This document shows positions 44,900 through 55,710 of a stretch of DNA of 56,691 nucleotides, in pieces. The DNA lies in contig JADGNH010000001.1 of NCBI GenBank assembly GCA_017883605.1, positions 1 through 56,691 on the forward strand, written 5' to 3'. The DNA comes from Methanobacteriaceae archaeon (GTDB lineage Archaea; Methanobacteriota; Methanobacteria; Methanobacteriales; Methanobacteriaceae). The notes beneath the pieces were generated by a model that was not told where the DNA came from, searched no databases, and saw only the letters and a list, made by a program, of their open reading frames with translations. Numbering within the stretch: the stretch's first letter is position 1; each line of letters starts with the position of its first letter. Both the position numbers and the translations under genes were made by a program.

Positions 44900-45306
44900 C
44901 TAAGCTTTAAAGGCATCTTTCAGAATTTTTTTATGATCAAATGCCAAATCAAATTTAAATATCTCATCTAACTTAAAACAAGCTACTTCCGATGCGTCAG
45001 TGTCTGCCTTTAAATTTCCACCAATTTTATGAGCCATGAAACAGACTGAAACTACATGTCCCCGGGGATCCCTCCCAGGATCAGAATAAACCCCAAAAAT
45101 CCTATTTAAACTGATTTCAAGGCCTGTTTCCTCTTTTACTTCCCTTATAACTGCTGATTCCACTGTTTCACCGTATTCCACAAATCCTCCCGGTAAAGCC
45201 CAGAAACCTTCATACGGCGGGTTTTTCCGTTTGATAAGTACTACAGAATTGTTTCCACAATTTATAACCGCATCTACAGTTAAAAGAGGGTGTTTGATCT
45301 GAACAC
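44900..45306 (-). pseudogene. Nudix hydrolase with no usable start codon in frame (probable frameshift near the 5' end)
   Basis: The Nudix box [24 protein letters not shown] spans the GTG that the ORF track used as a start (45181). The frame stays open upstream ([40 protein letters not shown]) back to a TAA at 45311-45313, with no ATG, GTG or TTG. A GTG with a GGAAG site lies one frame off at 45304-45306. Confidence 0.7.
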
Positions 45307-45442
45307 TTCCTTATTTCTATTGATTTATTCTATTTTTATTAAATTTTTTATTAATTTTGATTTAAATTATCCTTAAAAAAATAATTTGATTATCCAAAAA
45401 TTTTAGAATAAATTTACTAATGCTAATTCATCTGACAGGATC

Positions 45443-46048
45443 TTAAGCACTTCCTTTGGATTCTCCGGTGGTAACTCCTGCAGCTATGATGTGCGCAACC
45501 CTTACAGGCTCCGGTATGGCACTTCGGGTTGCTGAAAGCCTTACTATTTCTTCTGCATCCTCCAGGTTAATGCCCTGTATCTGGATGTATATGTTTTCTT
45601 CATTCTCAATTTCGTACACCTTTCCAGCGTCCAGAACATTGTTCCATCTTTCTTCCCAGTCTTGGAAACGTTTTAATGCTTTTTTTATTTTTTCAAAGCT
45701 GGGAAACCTCCTCATTATAACTATAACCGGTATCCCTGTTTCCTGGAAGATCTTTCGGATGTTGACAACGTTAAAACCCCCAAAAGTGATTCCATCCAAC
45801 ATAATAACCCCTAACTGGTCCTTTTGACGGGTATGGTTCACCATACTGCTTATTTTGCTGGTGGCATCCGTACCATCTCCAGTTATATAGGTTCTAAGCA
45901 CTCCGTCAAGCCAGTTCCCCGCCCGAAAAACTGTGCCAATCAACATCACCGGACTGGTGGTGTGGATGGGGAAAGGAGCATCATCAACCCCTAAAATTCT
46001 TATTTCCTGCTTTATTTTCCTGAATTTTCTATTTTCATTTTCATTCAT
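45443..46048 (-). CDS. DUF99/UPF0215 family protein (endonuclease V-like fold)
   Basis: Contains [25 protein letters not shown] and [11 protein letters not shown]. The start overlaps the rpoL stop (ATGA). Confidence 0.75.
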   Translation of the reverse strand: MNENENRKFRKIKQEIRILGVDDAPFPIHTTSPVMLIGTVFRAGNWLDGVLRTYITGDGTDATSKISSMVNHTRQKDQLGVIMLDGITFGGFNVVNIRKIFQETGIPVIVIMRRFPSFEKIKKALKRFQDWEERWNNVLDAGKVYEIENEENIYIQIQGINLEDAEEIVRLSATRSAIPEPVRVAHIIAAGVTTGESKGSA

Positions 46049-46314
46049 TTTTCATCTTTAGAAGATTCAACCAGATCCTTAAATTCATCACAGTCTGATT
46101 TCAATTTTTCTGCAGCTTTTTTAAGCGACTTCCGGGGATTCTTTGCCTTAATATAGAGCATAGGTTCTCCTATAATGGGATGTTCTACCACGTATGCCGC
46201 AGCTTCCACATCTTTATCCTCCATGAGGGTCTTTCTCAGTGCATTACAGAGTGAATGGGATTCTCCAGTTATTTCTATCTCCAGTTCCTTTTTAGTATCC
46301 TTTATGATTTTCAT
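46045..46314 (-). CDS. rpoL: DNA-directed RNA polymerase subunit L (Rpo11)
   Basis: Reads [30 protein letters not shown]...[17 protein letters not shown] at 46314 sits 1 nt after the csl4 stop, so the longer ORF-track start (46362) would overlap csl4. Confidence 0.85.
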   Translation of the reverse strand: MKIIKDTKKELEIEITGESHSLCNALRKTLMEDKDVEAAAYVVEHPIIGEPMLYIKAKNPRKSLKKAAEKLKSDCDEFKDLVESSKDEK

Positions 46315-46315
46315 T

Positions 46316-46885
46316 TTATCCCTCATATTTCGAAGAAAGCTTTCTCCTCTCTTTCCTTCCACAATTTGGGCATATAGTTTCGTTTTTACTTAATTTTTTC
46401 ATGAAATGGCGGCAGTTGGTGCACATGGCCTTTATAACACCTAATTCCTTTTCCGCGGTGGTTAAATCCACGTTGTCTAAGCCAATTATCTTGGTGACTT
46501 TGGCTTCCACCAGGTCTCCAATTCTAAATTCATCGGTTAGCTTGGACACATACCCCTTTTCCGCCTGTGAAATATGTATTCCGCCAGAAAAAGAGGTTTG
46601 AAGACTTCTGTTGGAATCTTTAGCTCCCTCAATCTTTATCAAAGCTCTCTGTCCCCTGACTTCGGATATCTGTCCAAAAACCACCATTCCCCTTTTAAGG
46701 AGTGAGGGATAATTGGTTCTGGGCAAGATGGATATTCTCTTATTTTTTTGGTCTACAGATACTGTTCCTGCTACCAGGGATCTTATTTTTCCCTCATCTT
46801 CATAGGTCCAGTCTGATGGGACAAATTCCTCAGTAACTCCCAGGGCATCACCAGGTAAGACAAATTCTCCAGATTTGGTTCTCAT
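46316..46885 (-). CDS. csl4: Exosome complex RNA-binding protein Csl4
   Basis: N-terminal domain VLPGDALG, a central S1 domain, and a C-terminal zinc ribbon CTNC...CPNCG. GAGGTGA ribosome-binding site upstream. Confidence 0.9.
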   Translation of the reverse strand: MRTKSGEFVLPGDALGVTEEFVPSDWTYEDEGKIRSLVAGTVSVDQKNKRISILPRTNYPSLLKRGMVVFGQISEVRGQRALIKIEGAKDSNRSLQTSFSGGIHISQAEKGYVSKLTDEFRIGDLVEAKVTKIIGLDNVDLTTAEKELGVIKAMCTNCRHFMKKLSKNETICPNCGRKERRKLSSKYEG

Positions 46886-47193
46886 TCATTCACCTCGACT
46901 AAAATAAATCTCCATTAATTTTAAAAGTTCTTTTTATATCTAATTTTTCATATAATTACATTATGCACATTATAAGCTGATTAAATGACTATTAGGTAAT
47001 TAAATGAATAGTAGGTATAAATCTATTTACAAAGATGTTTAGTTAGTTATAGAAAATACATTATAACCAATCATTTAGTTATGGAATACACTATAACCAA
47101 TATTAATTTGCATTATAACCAATATTATCTGGTTACAACCTCTTAAATCATTTATTTTTTATGTTATTGTTTACTGCTTTATTATTTAATTCA

Positions 47194-48186
47194 TCAATTA
47201 TATTTAATTTCATCTATTTTATAGTCTTCCCATTTTTTCTTATGAAGAACTATCAAAAGTTCTTCAGGAGTTATAAGGGGCTTTTTGTACATTTTAGCAT
47301 CGTCTATGGCTATTCTAGGACATGCAGTTACCAAAAAAGCGTCTAAATCTATAAAAGGCATTAAAAGTTCCGGGGAAATATCATCCAGGAGGATGATGTA
47401 AGCCTCCTTTCCACTTTTATGGATCATCTTCTTTAAACTTTTTGCCAAATCCATACGGTACTGACCCTCTTTGGAAGAAACTATGATTCCAAATCTTTCT
47501 GCTTCCCTGGCCTTAATTATCCTTGCAAACCTTATTCTCAGAATCTTATCTGCAAATTGGTCAATATCCCTCGCCTCATTCCGATATGGATCTGCTATTA
47601 TAACTGGCTTGCCAGTGGAAAGTTTTATTCCCAGCGCATGGAAGTTGCCACTTCCAACGTATAAAAAAGCATCCGCTGAAAGGTCTTTTATGGCTGAAAA
47701 GTTACAGCCCAATACCTGACCTTTCCTGGTTCCCTGTCCTCCTTTTATCAGCACTTTTTTTCCATTTAGTTCCAGAAAATCTGCTACTTTATCTAAAAGA
47801 TGGATGTGCTGCGTGGTGGTTACCAGTCCAATTCTTTTATAGCCATTCAACAAATTTAGGGCCGTTTTAACTGATTGCATGACATCCATGTTGGAATGGG
47901 CCTCTACAAAAAGTACCGGTACATTGTATTTAATGGGAAGGGCAGTGTGTCCAAAGTGTACCAGGAGATCCACCATTCCCCCCATATTAACATCAGATAC
48001 ATCGCAAGCACCGTAACAGGGATCACCTGATATCAAAACAGTTGCCTCGGTTTCATTCTCTATCTGCCGGGCAACCTCTGTTGCATGGATTTTAAGTCCT
48101 TCTGGAAATTGTAATCCCACCACTTCTGCCTGGGTTTCCTTTATCTTTTCTATAATTTCAGGAATCTGGAGATTATAATTCAACAT
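47194..48186 (-). CDS. dph2: Diphthamide synthesis protein Dph2 (2-(3-amino-3-carboxypropyl)histidine synthase)
   Basis: 330 aa with [19 protein letters not shown] and [10 protein letters not shown]. Confidence 0.9.
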   Translation of the reverse strand: MLNYNLQIPEIIEKIKETQAEVVGLQFPEGLKIHATEVARQIENETEATVLISGDPCYGACDVSDVNMGGMVDLLVHFGHTALPIKYNVPVLFVEAHSNMDVMQSVKTALNLLNGYKRIGLVTTTQHIHLLDKVADFLELNGKKVLIKGGQGTRKGQVLGCNFSAIKDLSADAFLYVGSGNFHALGIKLSTGKPVIIADPYRNEARDIDQFADKILRIRFARIIKAREAERFGIIVSSKEGQYRMDLAKSLKKMIHKSGKEAYIILLDDISPELLMPFIDLDAFLVTACPRIAIDDAKMYKKPLITPEELLIVLHKKKWEDYKIDEIKYN

Positions 48187-48317
48187 TCTATCCTCTGATA
48201 AACAACTTCTCCTCTTATAAAAAAATTCAAACTTGATTACTATCTAATAAAAACTTAATTTAATCACCCAAAAAACTTAATTCATTACCTAATGTGTGGT
48301 ATTCAAAAATATATTTT

Positions 48318-48386
48318 CTAACTAAAGGGCTGTATTACTATCTAACTAAAGGGCTGTATTACTATCTAACTAAAGGGCTGTATTAT
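48318..48386. repeat. Tandem 24-bp repeat CTAACTAAAGGGCTGTATTACTAT, 2 full copies plus a 21-bp partial
   Basis: Copies at 48318, 48342 and 48366, between the hpt stop (48411) and the dph2 start (48186). Confidence 0.9.
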
Positions 48387-48410
48387 TAAATTAGAGCTTT
48401 TATTCAACAT

Positions 48411-48968
48411 TCATCCTTCTATTACAACTTTACCATCTTTTACATTCACTTTCAGTAATGTTTTAACCCTTACGCCAGTTTCCTTTTCCACCAACAGTTT
48501 TCCCTCACCCTTTTCCATAACGGCTATTACATCCACTAACTCCGTCCCCATACTTTTAAGAGCATTTAAAACAGCAGTCATAGTACCTCCAGTGCTGACC
48601 ACGTCATCCACCAGTATAATTCGCTCCCCCTTTTTCACGCCGTTTATATAAAGCTCCCCCTGACTGTAACCTGTGGTCTGATGAACCGCTACTTCCCCTT
48701 CCAATCCATAGTGACGTTTTCTCACGACCACAAAAGGGATGCCTGTCTCTAAAGATAATGCAGTAGCTATGTGGATTCCCATTGCCTCTATACATACTAT
48801 TTTATCCACTTCCAGGTCAGCAAGTTGGGCAATTGCCCCTGCAACTTCCCTCATAAGTTCTGGTTCTACCACCGGAATACCATCGGTTATGGGATGCACA
48901 AAATAATCATAATCCCCTTTTTTTATTACCGGAGCTTTTAACAAACTATTTTTAAGTTTTTCAAGCAA
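48411..48968 (-). CDS. hpt: Hypoxanthine/guanine phosphoribosyltransferase (archaeal Hpt)
   Basis: Contains [11 protein letters not shown] and the PRPP loop [16 protein letters not shown] start with AGGTGAT 4 nt upstream. Confidence 0.85.
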   Translation of the reverse strand: MLEKLKNSLLKAPVIKKGDYDYFVHPITDGIPVVEPELMREVAGAIAQLADLEVDKIVCIEAMGIHIATALSLETGIPFVVVRKRHYGLEGEVAVHQTTGYSQGELYINGVKKGERIILVDDVVSTGGTMTAVLNALKSMGTELVDVIAVMEKGEGKLLVEKETGVRVKTLLKVNVKDGKVVIEG

Positions 48969-49183
48969 ATTATCACCTTATACAGATATTAAATAAATAA
49001 GATTAAAATAATCAAATAGGAGAAACTATTTTATGTTAGATTTATATTGAATTAAATTTCTATAATATATAATATTGTGCAAATTCTATTAATATGTTGC
49101 AGTAGTTACTAATTAACCTATGTTACTATTAACTATTCCATTAACTCAATTTAATAATTCCTGTAACTAAAACAAGTGATACT

Positions 49184-50515
49184 ATGCTGGGAAATTTAGG
49201 TAAAAATTTAACCAACACCATGAAAAAGCTGGCCGGGATGGCCATAATTGATGAAGAAGTGGTTAAAGAAGTTATAAAAGACATTCAAAGGGCACTTATA
49301 CAGTCTGATGTTAACATAAAGATGGTTCTTAAACTTTCCAAAACCATAGAAGATAGATCCCTCAAAGAAGAACCTCCTAAGGGTGTCACTCCTAAAGAAC
49401 ATGTTATAAAGATTGTTTATGAAGAACTGGTAAATCTTCTGGGGGAGAAACCAGTTGAAATTGAAATTAAGGAAAAACCGTATAAAATACTGTTTGTAGG
49501 TCTCCAGGGAAGTGGTAAGACAACCACAATTGCAAAGCTGGCAAAATATCTGCAAAAAAAAGGTTTCAATCCTGCTGTGGTATGTACAGACACCTGGAGG
49601 CCAGCTGCCTATGAACAGCTGCGTCAGCTCATAGAGAATATGAACGTCCCCCTTTACGGCGATCCTGACAATCAAAATGCTTTAGACCTGGCAGAGAAGG
49701 GTTTAAAGGAGTTTAAAAAACAGGACATCATAATAGTGGACACCGCCGGTCGCCATAAGGAAGAAAAAGATTTACTCGACGAAATGGAGCAAATCTCAAA
49801 TGTAGTAAAACCGGAGGAGGTTATACTTGTTATCGATGGGACAATCGGACAGCAAGCCCGTGATCAGGCCCTTGCATTTAGTAAAACTACTGAAATCGGT
49901 TCCATCATCATAACCAAACTGGACGGTTCTGCAAAAGGAGGCGGAGCCTTATCAGCTGTGGGTGAGACCGGTGCACCTATTAAATTTATTGGAACTGGAG
50001 AAAAGGTGGATGACTTCGAAGCCTTTGATCCAGAACGTTTTATATCAAGGCTTTTAGGTATGGGCGACATTAAAGCCCTTATAGAGAAAGCTGAAGAAAT
50101 AGCTGAGGAAGATATAGATGTGGAATCAGTGGATGCCATGCTCAGCGGTAAGTTCACCCTTAAAGACATGTACTCCCAATTCGACATGATGAATAAGATG
50201 GGCCCCATGCAGCAGGTCATGAGCATGCTGCCGGGTGTAGGAGGTAAACTGCCCAAAAACGCCTCTCAGATGACTGAAGAAAAACTCAAAAAGTACCGCA
50301 TACTGATGGACTCCATGACTGAACATGAACTAACCCACCCCGAAGTGATCAAACAGTCCCGGGTTAAAAGAATAGCAAGAGGCTCCGGAATGAGAAATGA
50401 AGACGTTAAAGAGCTTTTAAAATATTACAACGTCACCAAAAAGGCAATGAAAGGTTTTGGAAAGAGGAAGATGGGCGGACCCATGGGGCAGATGATGAGG
50501 CAGTTAATGCGCTGA
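49184..50515 (+). CDS. srp54: Signal recognition particle protein SRP54
   Basis: N domain, then a G domain ([19 protein letters not shown]), then a Met-rich M domain. Confidence 0.95.
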   Translation: MLGNLGKNLTNTMKKLAGMAIIDEEVVKEVIKDIQRALIQSDVNIKMVLKLSKTIEDRSLKEEPPKGVTPKEHVIKIVYEELVNLLGEKPVEIEIKEKPYKILFVGLQGSGKTTTIAKLAKYLQKKGFNPAVVCTDTWRPAAYEQLRQLIENMNVPLYGDPDNQNALDLAEKGLKEFKKQDIIIVDTAGRHKEEKDLLDEMEQISNVVKPEEVILVIDGTIGQQARDQALAFSKTTEIGSIIITKLDGSAKGGGALSAVGETGAPIKFIGTGEKVDDFEAFDPERFISRLLGMGDIKALIEKAEEIAEEDIDVESVDAMLSGKFTLKDMYSQFDMMNKMGPMQQVMSMLPGVGGKLPKNASQMTEEKLKKYRILMDSMTEHELTHPEVIKQSRVKRIARGSGMRNEDVKELLKYYNVTKKAMKGFGKRKMGGPMGQMMRQLMR

Positions 50516-50686
50516 TTTAACCTTAGGTAAGCTTTAAGCTAAAATTCCTGCGACGGTATATGTTATTAACTAATTCTGGTTTCGTTATAAAATTTGTTTA
50601 TTTATTACTAATTTAAATTATAAATTAAAAGATAGTCCTGTTTATGGAAAAATTAGATTTATGGAAAAAATTAGTCTTAGTTATAG

Positions 50687-52078
50687 ATGATTGTTATGAA
50701 CGATGCAAAATTAGATTCTAAAATTAAAGATAAAGCATTTAAAATCATTAAAATTACAGATGGTAAAATTTGTAATCGATGTTTGGGAAGAAATTTCTTC
50801 AAAGAGATAGAAGCTGCCGATAACAATGAAAGAGGTGAATATATAAAAGATTTTCTATTTCAAGGCGTTTATGAATCTTATAATACTCAAAAAAAGGGTT
50901 ATGAATCTCAGAAAACTGAAAAAAGAGTTGAGGAATTTCAATATACTCAAAAAGGAGCCGGTACCTCCCAAGAGACTGAAGAATATAATCTTGAAACAAA
51001 AGCGCCCTGTTATGTATGTGGAGATCTATTCGAATCTGTTGAAAACAGTCTCATTGATAAGATAATCCAAATTATAAAAGAGATGGAAGTGGAATTTTCC
51101 ACCTTTCTGGTTGGATGCCGTGTCCAGCCCGAGATAGTCCAAAAAGAAGAAAATATCCATAAAGAAGTTAAATTCAGCGTTGAAGAGGTTAAAGAGGAAG
51201 AAGCTAAAGAGAGTGTTAAAAAAGAGTTGAACCGAGAGATCGGTAAAAGACTGGCACTTGAAATGGGAAAAGAAGTTGATTTTGATAATCCCAACCTGGT
51301 GATAGTGGTTGACTTCGTCCAAAAAAATGTGGAGATACAGATCAACCCCATATTCATAGAAGGGCGTTACAGAAAGTTAGTAAGGGGGATTCCCCAAACC
51401 AAATGGCCCTGTAGAAAGTGTAAGGGTAAAGGGTGTGAAAACTGTAATTACACCGGTAAAATGTACCCGGAATCAGTTGAAGAATTAATATCCCCCGAAG
51501 CCGTCAATTTAACTGATGGTAAAGAGTCTAAATTCCATGGAGCTGGTAGAGAAGACATTGATGTAAGAATGCTTGGTAGGGGTCGGCCCTTTGTACTGGA
51601 GATTAAGGAACCGCTGCAAAGGAACCTGGATCTGGAAAAACTGCAGGTAATGATAAACCACTATGCTGAAGGTAAAGTTGAAGTTTTAGATTTAAAAATG
51701 GTGGGTAAAAAAAGGCGTAGCCAGATAAAAGCCTCTTCTACAGATACCTACAAAACATATCATGCTATTGTAGAACTTGAAACAGAGGTTTCTCCTGATG
51801 ATCTTAAGTCCCTGAATTCTCTGAAAGCCATTGATCAACGCACCCCCCTGCGGGTGTCCCATAGAAGGGCGGATAAAATAAGAAATCGCAATATAAGGGG
51901 CATAAATGTTAAAAAATTGGATCAGCGGTTGATAGAGCTGATAATTGAATGTGAAGGTGGGCTGTACATCAAAGAACTCATATCTAGCGATGAAAATAGA
52001 ACAAATCCCAGCGTATCTTCCATATTACACACCAATGCCCGGTGTGTGCAGCTGGATGTCCTGGAAGTTAATATTTAA
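50687..52078 (+). CDS. pus10: tRNA pseudouridine(54/55) synthase Pus10
   Basis: Zinc motifs CNRCLGR / CYVCGD and CRKCKGKGCENC, a THUMP-like middle domain, and the catalytic region GREDIDVRMLGRGRPF. An alternative start is at 50696. Confidence 0.85.
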   Translation: MIVMNDAKLDSKIKDKAFKIIKITDGKICNRCLGRNFFKEIEAADNNERGEYIKDFLFQGVYESYNTQKKGYESQKTEKRVEEFQYTQKGAGTSQETEEYNLETKAPCYVCGDLFESVENSLIDKIIQIIKEMEVEFSTFLVGCRVQPEIVQKEENIHKEVKFSVEEVKEEEAKESVKKELNREIGKRLALEMGKEVDFDNPNLVIVVDFVQKNVEIQINPIFIEGRYRKLVRGIPQTKWPCRKCKGKGCENCNYTGKMYPESVEELISPEAVNLTDGKESKFHGAGREDIDVRMLGRGRPFVLEIKEPLQRNLDLEKLQVMINHYAEGKVEVLDLKMVGKKRRSQIKASSTDTYKTYHAIVELETEVSPDDLKSLNSLKAIDQRTPLRVSHRRADKIRNRNIRGINVKKLDQRLIELIIECEGGLYIKELISSDENRTNPSVSSILHTNARCVQLDVLEVNI

Positions 52079-52561
52079 ATCTTTATTAATAATATGAAGG
52101 GTTTAAAATAGTTTTTAAATTAAGGTTTAAAGTATATCAGACAATTTTTATAGGTAGTTTTATAGATAATGTTGATAAAGTAAAGAAGAGTATTTGAAAG
52201 AAGATTACTTAATATAAAACACAGTATTAAGAGTATTGATAATTAATGAAGAGAATATTAAGAGTTGATGTAAAGTATAATAACAGGTGATGTAATACTT
52301 GGTCAAAGTTATAAATTAATCCAGTAAGAGAAATTGACTAGAGTTTAGAAGAAATTTATAGCACAGCTGGCTTCATATCTGGGTCATTAATGCCTTATCT
52401 CAATCGGATTTTATCAAATATTCTTGAATCAGTTTTTGATTAACTGAAATTAAATAATAAAAAAAAATTATAACTTAAAAAACCGGTTAAAGGCTAATTT
52501 AGCCCTTTCAGCCCAATATATCAATAATTGTTATGAAGAAATAATTAGTAAAAATATTTTG

Positions 52562-52584
52562 ATCAACCTTTTTTAAAGGTTGAT
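52562..52584 (+). promoter_or_regulatory. Perfect 10-bp stem / 3-nt loop hairpin just 5' of the rpl21e ribosome-binding site
   Basis: ATCAACCTTT-TTT-AAAGGTTGAT ends 2 nt before GTGGAGG, and the ATG is at 52599. Confidence 0.6.
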
Positions 52585-52598
52585 GTGGAGGTTTAAAA

Positions 52599-52889
52599 AT
52601 GAGAAGATCAAGAGGTTTTAGAAGCAAAACACGTTACAAGCTCAAAAAAAGCATAAGAGTCGGTAGAACAAACCCTATAACCAAAAGAATACAGACCTTT
52701 AATGAAAATGATCTGGTTCACATCATAATCGACCCCAGCATACAGAAAGGTCAGCCCCATCCCCGATTCCACGGTAAAACTGGGAAAGTATCGGATAAGA
52801 GAGGTAGAGCTTACATAGTTGCGATTAATGACGGTAACAAGGCTAAAAAGTTGATTATAAGACCAGACCATCTTAAAATGCAAGAGTGA
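52599..52889 (+). CDS. rpl21e: 50S ribosomal protein L21e
   Basis: 96 aa starting [12 protein letters not shown], with [11 protein letters not shown]. Confidence 0.95.
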   Translation: MRRSRGFRSKTRYKLKKSIRVGRTNPITKRIQTFNENDLVHIIIDPSIQKGQPHPRFHGKTGKVSDKRGRAYIVAINDGNKAKKLIIRPDHLKMQE

Positions 52890-52894
52890 TTGGA

Positions 52895-53227
52895 ATGATT
52901 GGGAAAAAAATAGTTGAAACCAACCCCATCACCATTCCGGAAGTTAAGGAGATGCTAGAGGAGCGGTCCCAGTTCCATGAGCTTACCTACGAGCAAAATC
53001 TGGCTCTGGATCATGTAACCAAATTTGCAAATCTGGATGCTGAAAACGCCCAAAAGCTGGTGGAGGAACTGGAAGAGATCGTTAAAAAAAATCAGGCAAT
53101 TAAACTAGAAGACATAATGCCTGAAGATATGGCCGATATGAGACTTATGTTCGCAAAAGAGAGGGGATCTCATAAAAAAGAAGAGCTGGAGAAGTTGCTA
53201 AATATTATAAACAAATACAGGGAATAG
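52895..53227 (+). CDS. rpoF: DNA-directed RNA polymerase subunit F (Rpo4)
   Basis: Reads MIGKKIVETNPITIPEVKEMLEER, then a helical C-terminal domain. ATG at 52895 is preferred over GTG at 52886, which overlaps the rpl21e stop. Confidence 0.85.
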   Translation: MIGKKIVETNPITIPEVKEMLEERSQFHELTYEQNLALDHVTKFANLDAENAQKLVEELEEIVKKNQAIKLEDIMPEDMADMRLMFAKERGSHKKEELEKLLNIINKYRE

Positions 53228-53355
53228 GACAAGTTTCTAACAGCTAATAAAAAATTAATAACTAAAAGAACAGTTATTACTGGTTTATAGCTGATAATAA
53301 CTAATTAATAATAAATAAACTATATATCAAGTTTATTAATGGATCTGGTGGTTAG

Positions 53356-53943
53356 ATGGAAGATTACGCGATTATTCTGGATTATCTTCCTTTAGGCTAT
53401 GTAAAGGAAGGTGCACCTTCATTCAAAAGAAAACCCGTAGCTCAGGCTATGGGTGTAGATGAATTCACACTCCTGGAACTTACCCCAAAGGAAAAAATCA
53501 ACCTAGACATACACGAAAAAGTATACATAGGCGCAGATAAACGAGATAAAATAGCCCGGGTAAGCCGCAGGCTTGAATATGATAAACTCACATCCACCGC
53601 CAAAATTGAACTTAACTACGCTGTAGAAGAGATTATAAAGGAAAATGAAGACAAATTCGTTCAATTTTTCAACCAGGCGAGATCAATTTCAACCAGACTA
53701 CACCAAATAGAGCTTCTGCCAGGTATTGGGAAAAAACACATGTGGGATATTTTAAACGCCCGCAAAGAAAAAGAATTTGAAAGCTTTCAGGACATTAAAA
53801 AACGAGTACCCATGTTAGCTGATCCGGTTAAACTGCTCTCTAAACGGGTGTTGATGGAATTAGAAGCAACCGGCGATAGAAAGGGAAAACGTAAGTACAT
53901 ATTATTCACCAGACCTCCCAAAAAAAGATTTGAAAGAATTTAA
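53356..53943 (+). CDS. DUF655 family RNA-binding protein (OB fold plus helix-hairpin-helix)
   Basis: Starts MEDYAIILDYLPLGY and contains LHQIELLPGIGKKHMWDIL. It occupies the conserved position between rpoF and ksgA. Confidence 0.8.
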   Translation: MEDYAIILDYLPLGYVKEGAPSFKRKPVAQAMGVDEFTLLELTPKEKINLDIHEKVYIGADKRDKIARVSRRLEYDKLTSTAKIELNYAVEEIIKENEDKFVQFFNQARSISTRLHQIELLPGIGKKHMWDILNARKEKEFESFQDIKKRVPMLADPVKLLSKRVLMELEATGDRKGKRKYILFTRPPKKRFERI

Positions 53944-54053
53944 CTTAACAAATTTTATACTTAAAACAATTAATATAACTTAAATCGATTAATAATTTAA
54001 ATTATAACAGATTTTAAGCCAAAAAAATCTATTTAGGGAGTATAATAGGATAA

Positions 54054-54902
54054 ATGTTGGCTGATACCCTTAAAATATTGAAATTGTATGATATTAGGCT
54101 GGATAAGAGGAAAGGTCAGAATTATCTTATTAATCCCGGTGTACTGTCCAGAATCTTAGAGTATGCCCATATTTCCCCTAAAGACCGGGTACTGGAAATT
54201 GGTGCAGGTATAGGAACCCTAACCATCCCCCTGGCAGAGCGGGCTGGAAAGGTATTTGCGGTGGAACAGGACCGAAAAATTGCTGAAATACTGATAAAAA
54301 GACTTAAAGATGCTGGAATATATAATGTAGAGGTAATTATAGGGGATGCAACTAAAATAAAGCTTCCAACATTTAACAAGGTGATATCCAACCTTCCCTA
54401 CCAGATATCTTCCCCCATTACATTCAAATTGCTCAAAAAAGATTTTGATTTTGGAATACTGATGTATCAGCTGGAATTTGCTGAAAGGATGGTTGCCAAG
54501 GCCGGTGCATCAAATTATTCAAGACTTTCCGTTATGTTGCACTTCTGCGCCCATGCTGAGATGCTTTTTAAGGTTCCATCCAACGCATTTTTTCCAGAAC
54601 CTAAAATTTCATCTGCAGTTATTAAGCTAAAACCCAATAAACAATCATATGTTGATGAATTCTTTTTAAAAACCTTAAGAGCCCTTTTTCAACATAAAAG
54701 AAAAAAAGTCCGAAATGCGCTTATTGATTCATTCCATGAAATAACCCCCATGGATAAAACAACTGTAAAAAGTACTGTTTCCAAATTAGAACCTGAATTA
54801 ATGAACAGCAGGGTTTTCAAACTGGAACCTGAAGAAATAATGAAAATATCCAGAGAATTAAAAGAAGTATTAGAAACAAATTCATCCATTGGAAATAAAT
54901 AA
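54054..54902 (+). CDS. rsmA: 16S rRNA (adenine-N6,N6)-dimethyltransferase RsmA/KsgA (Dim1)
   Basis: Contains KRKGQNYLINP, VLEIGAGIGTLT and NLPYQISSPI. Confidence 0.9.
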   Translation: MLADTLKILKLYDIRLDKRKGQNYLINPGVLSRILEYAHISPKDRVLEIGAGIGTLTIPLAERAGKVFAVEQDRKIAEILIKRLKDAGIYNVEVIIGDATKIKLPTFNKVISNLPYQISSPITFKLLKKDFDFGILMYQLEFAERMVAKAGASNYSRLSVMLHFCAHAEMLFKVPSNAFFPEPKISSAVIKLKPNKQSYVDEFFLKTLRALFQHKRKKVRNALIDSFHEITPMDKTTVKSTVSKLEPELMNSRVFKLEPEEIMKISRELKEVLETNSSIGNK

Positions 54903-54990
54903 TCAATGATTTTCATTGGAAAAACAAATCCTATTGGAAAAACAAATAATTCAATATATTTCATTGGAAATAAATTTTATTGGAAATAAC
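54888..54990. repeat. Five dispersed copies of ATTGGAAA(A/T)A within 100 bp
   Basis: Copies start at 54888 (overlapping the rsmA stop), 54915, 54933, 54963 and 54979. Confidence 0.8.
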
Positions 54991-55035
54991 AAATTCTCTA
55001 TAATAAAATTCAAATATCTAAAGGAGTTGATTTAA

Positions 55036-55374
55036 ATGGACGAAAACCCCTACCAGGTTTTCCAGAGGGAATGTCCAGAACTGGCAGCCAGATTCAACGA
55101 CCTGGTGGAAGCCCAACGATCTCTCAAGGGAATAAATCCTAAAACTAAACAGCTAATCAACATCGCCATCCAAACTGCCAACAGAAATCCCCCTGGCGTA
55201 GAAATGCACGCCCTGATGGCTAAAAACGAAGGCGCAACTAGAGATGAGATTGTGGGTGCAGTGGTAATGAACCTCCATCTTTCAGGTTTAGCCTGTGTCT
55301 TGGATTGTCTTCCAGCAGCCCTGGAGGGATTTGAAGCAAATTTTAAGGACAAATCAAATTTTAAGGACAAATAA
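55036..55374 (+). CDS. Carboxymuconolactone decarboxylase (AhpD-like) family protein
   Basis: 112 aa containing KTKQLINIAIQTANRNPPGVEMHALMAKNEGATRDEIVGAV. The C-terminus is duplicated (NFKDKSNFKDK). Confidence 0.8.
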   Translation: MDENPYQVFQRECPELAARFNDLVEAQRSLKGINPKTKQLINIAIQTANRNPPGVEMHALMAKNEGATRDEIVGAVVMNLHLSGLACVLDCLPAALEGFEANFKDKSNFKDK

Positions 55375-55413
55375 TATGACCAGAGATAGATGATATAAAT
55401 TCAGGAATAAATA

Positions 55414-55710
55414 ATGAAAGCAGAAAATATTTATTCACGAAAAATAACATCGACAGAAGCTCGAAAAGGCTTTATTATGATTTTAAAAAATAACCTTTCA
55501 TTTTTTCCTCCCCTGGGAAGTTCCTTTGAACTTTTAAATAAAGGTTCACCCAAAACCGTGGCGGTCGAGTCTTATCCCTGCACTTGTAGAGGCCCTGAAT
55601 TGCCACATGAACATTATTTTATCCGTTGGAACGGATTAATAGCTGGAAATAAGGTAGAAATAGTAAAATATCCTGAAGAGGATAACTTATATAATCTGAA
55701 AATTATATAG
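55414..55710 (+). CDS. Hypothetical protein (98 aa)
   Basis: Intact ORF with no family recognised with confidence. It weakly resembles B3/EcoRII-N-like pseudobarrel DNA-binding domains (KGFIMILKNNLSFFPPLG), which is speculative. Confidence 0.45.
   Translation: MKAENIYSRKITSTEARKGFIMILKNNLSFFPPLGSSFELLNKGSPKTVAVESYPCTCRGPELPHEHYFIRWNGLIAGNKVEIVKYPEEDNLYNLKII

Noticed and set aside
46886-47193. Three copies of (A/C)TATAACCAAT upstream of csl4
   Set aside because: They are short, AT-rich and irregularly spaced, so I cannot tell them from chance or ordinary TATA-like sequence without comparative data.
55050-55370. 106-aa minus-strand ORF
   Set aside because: It is completely antisense to the AhpD-like gene, which has a clear family signature.
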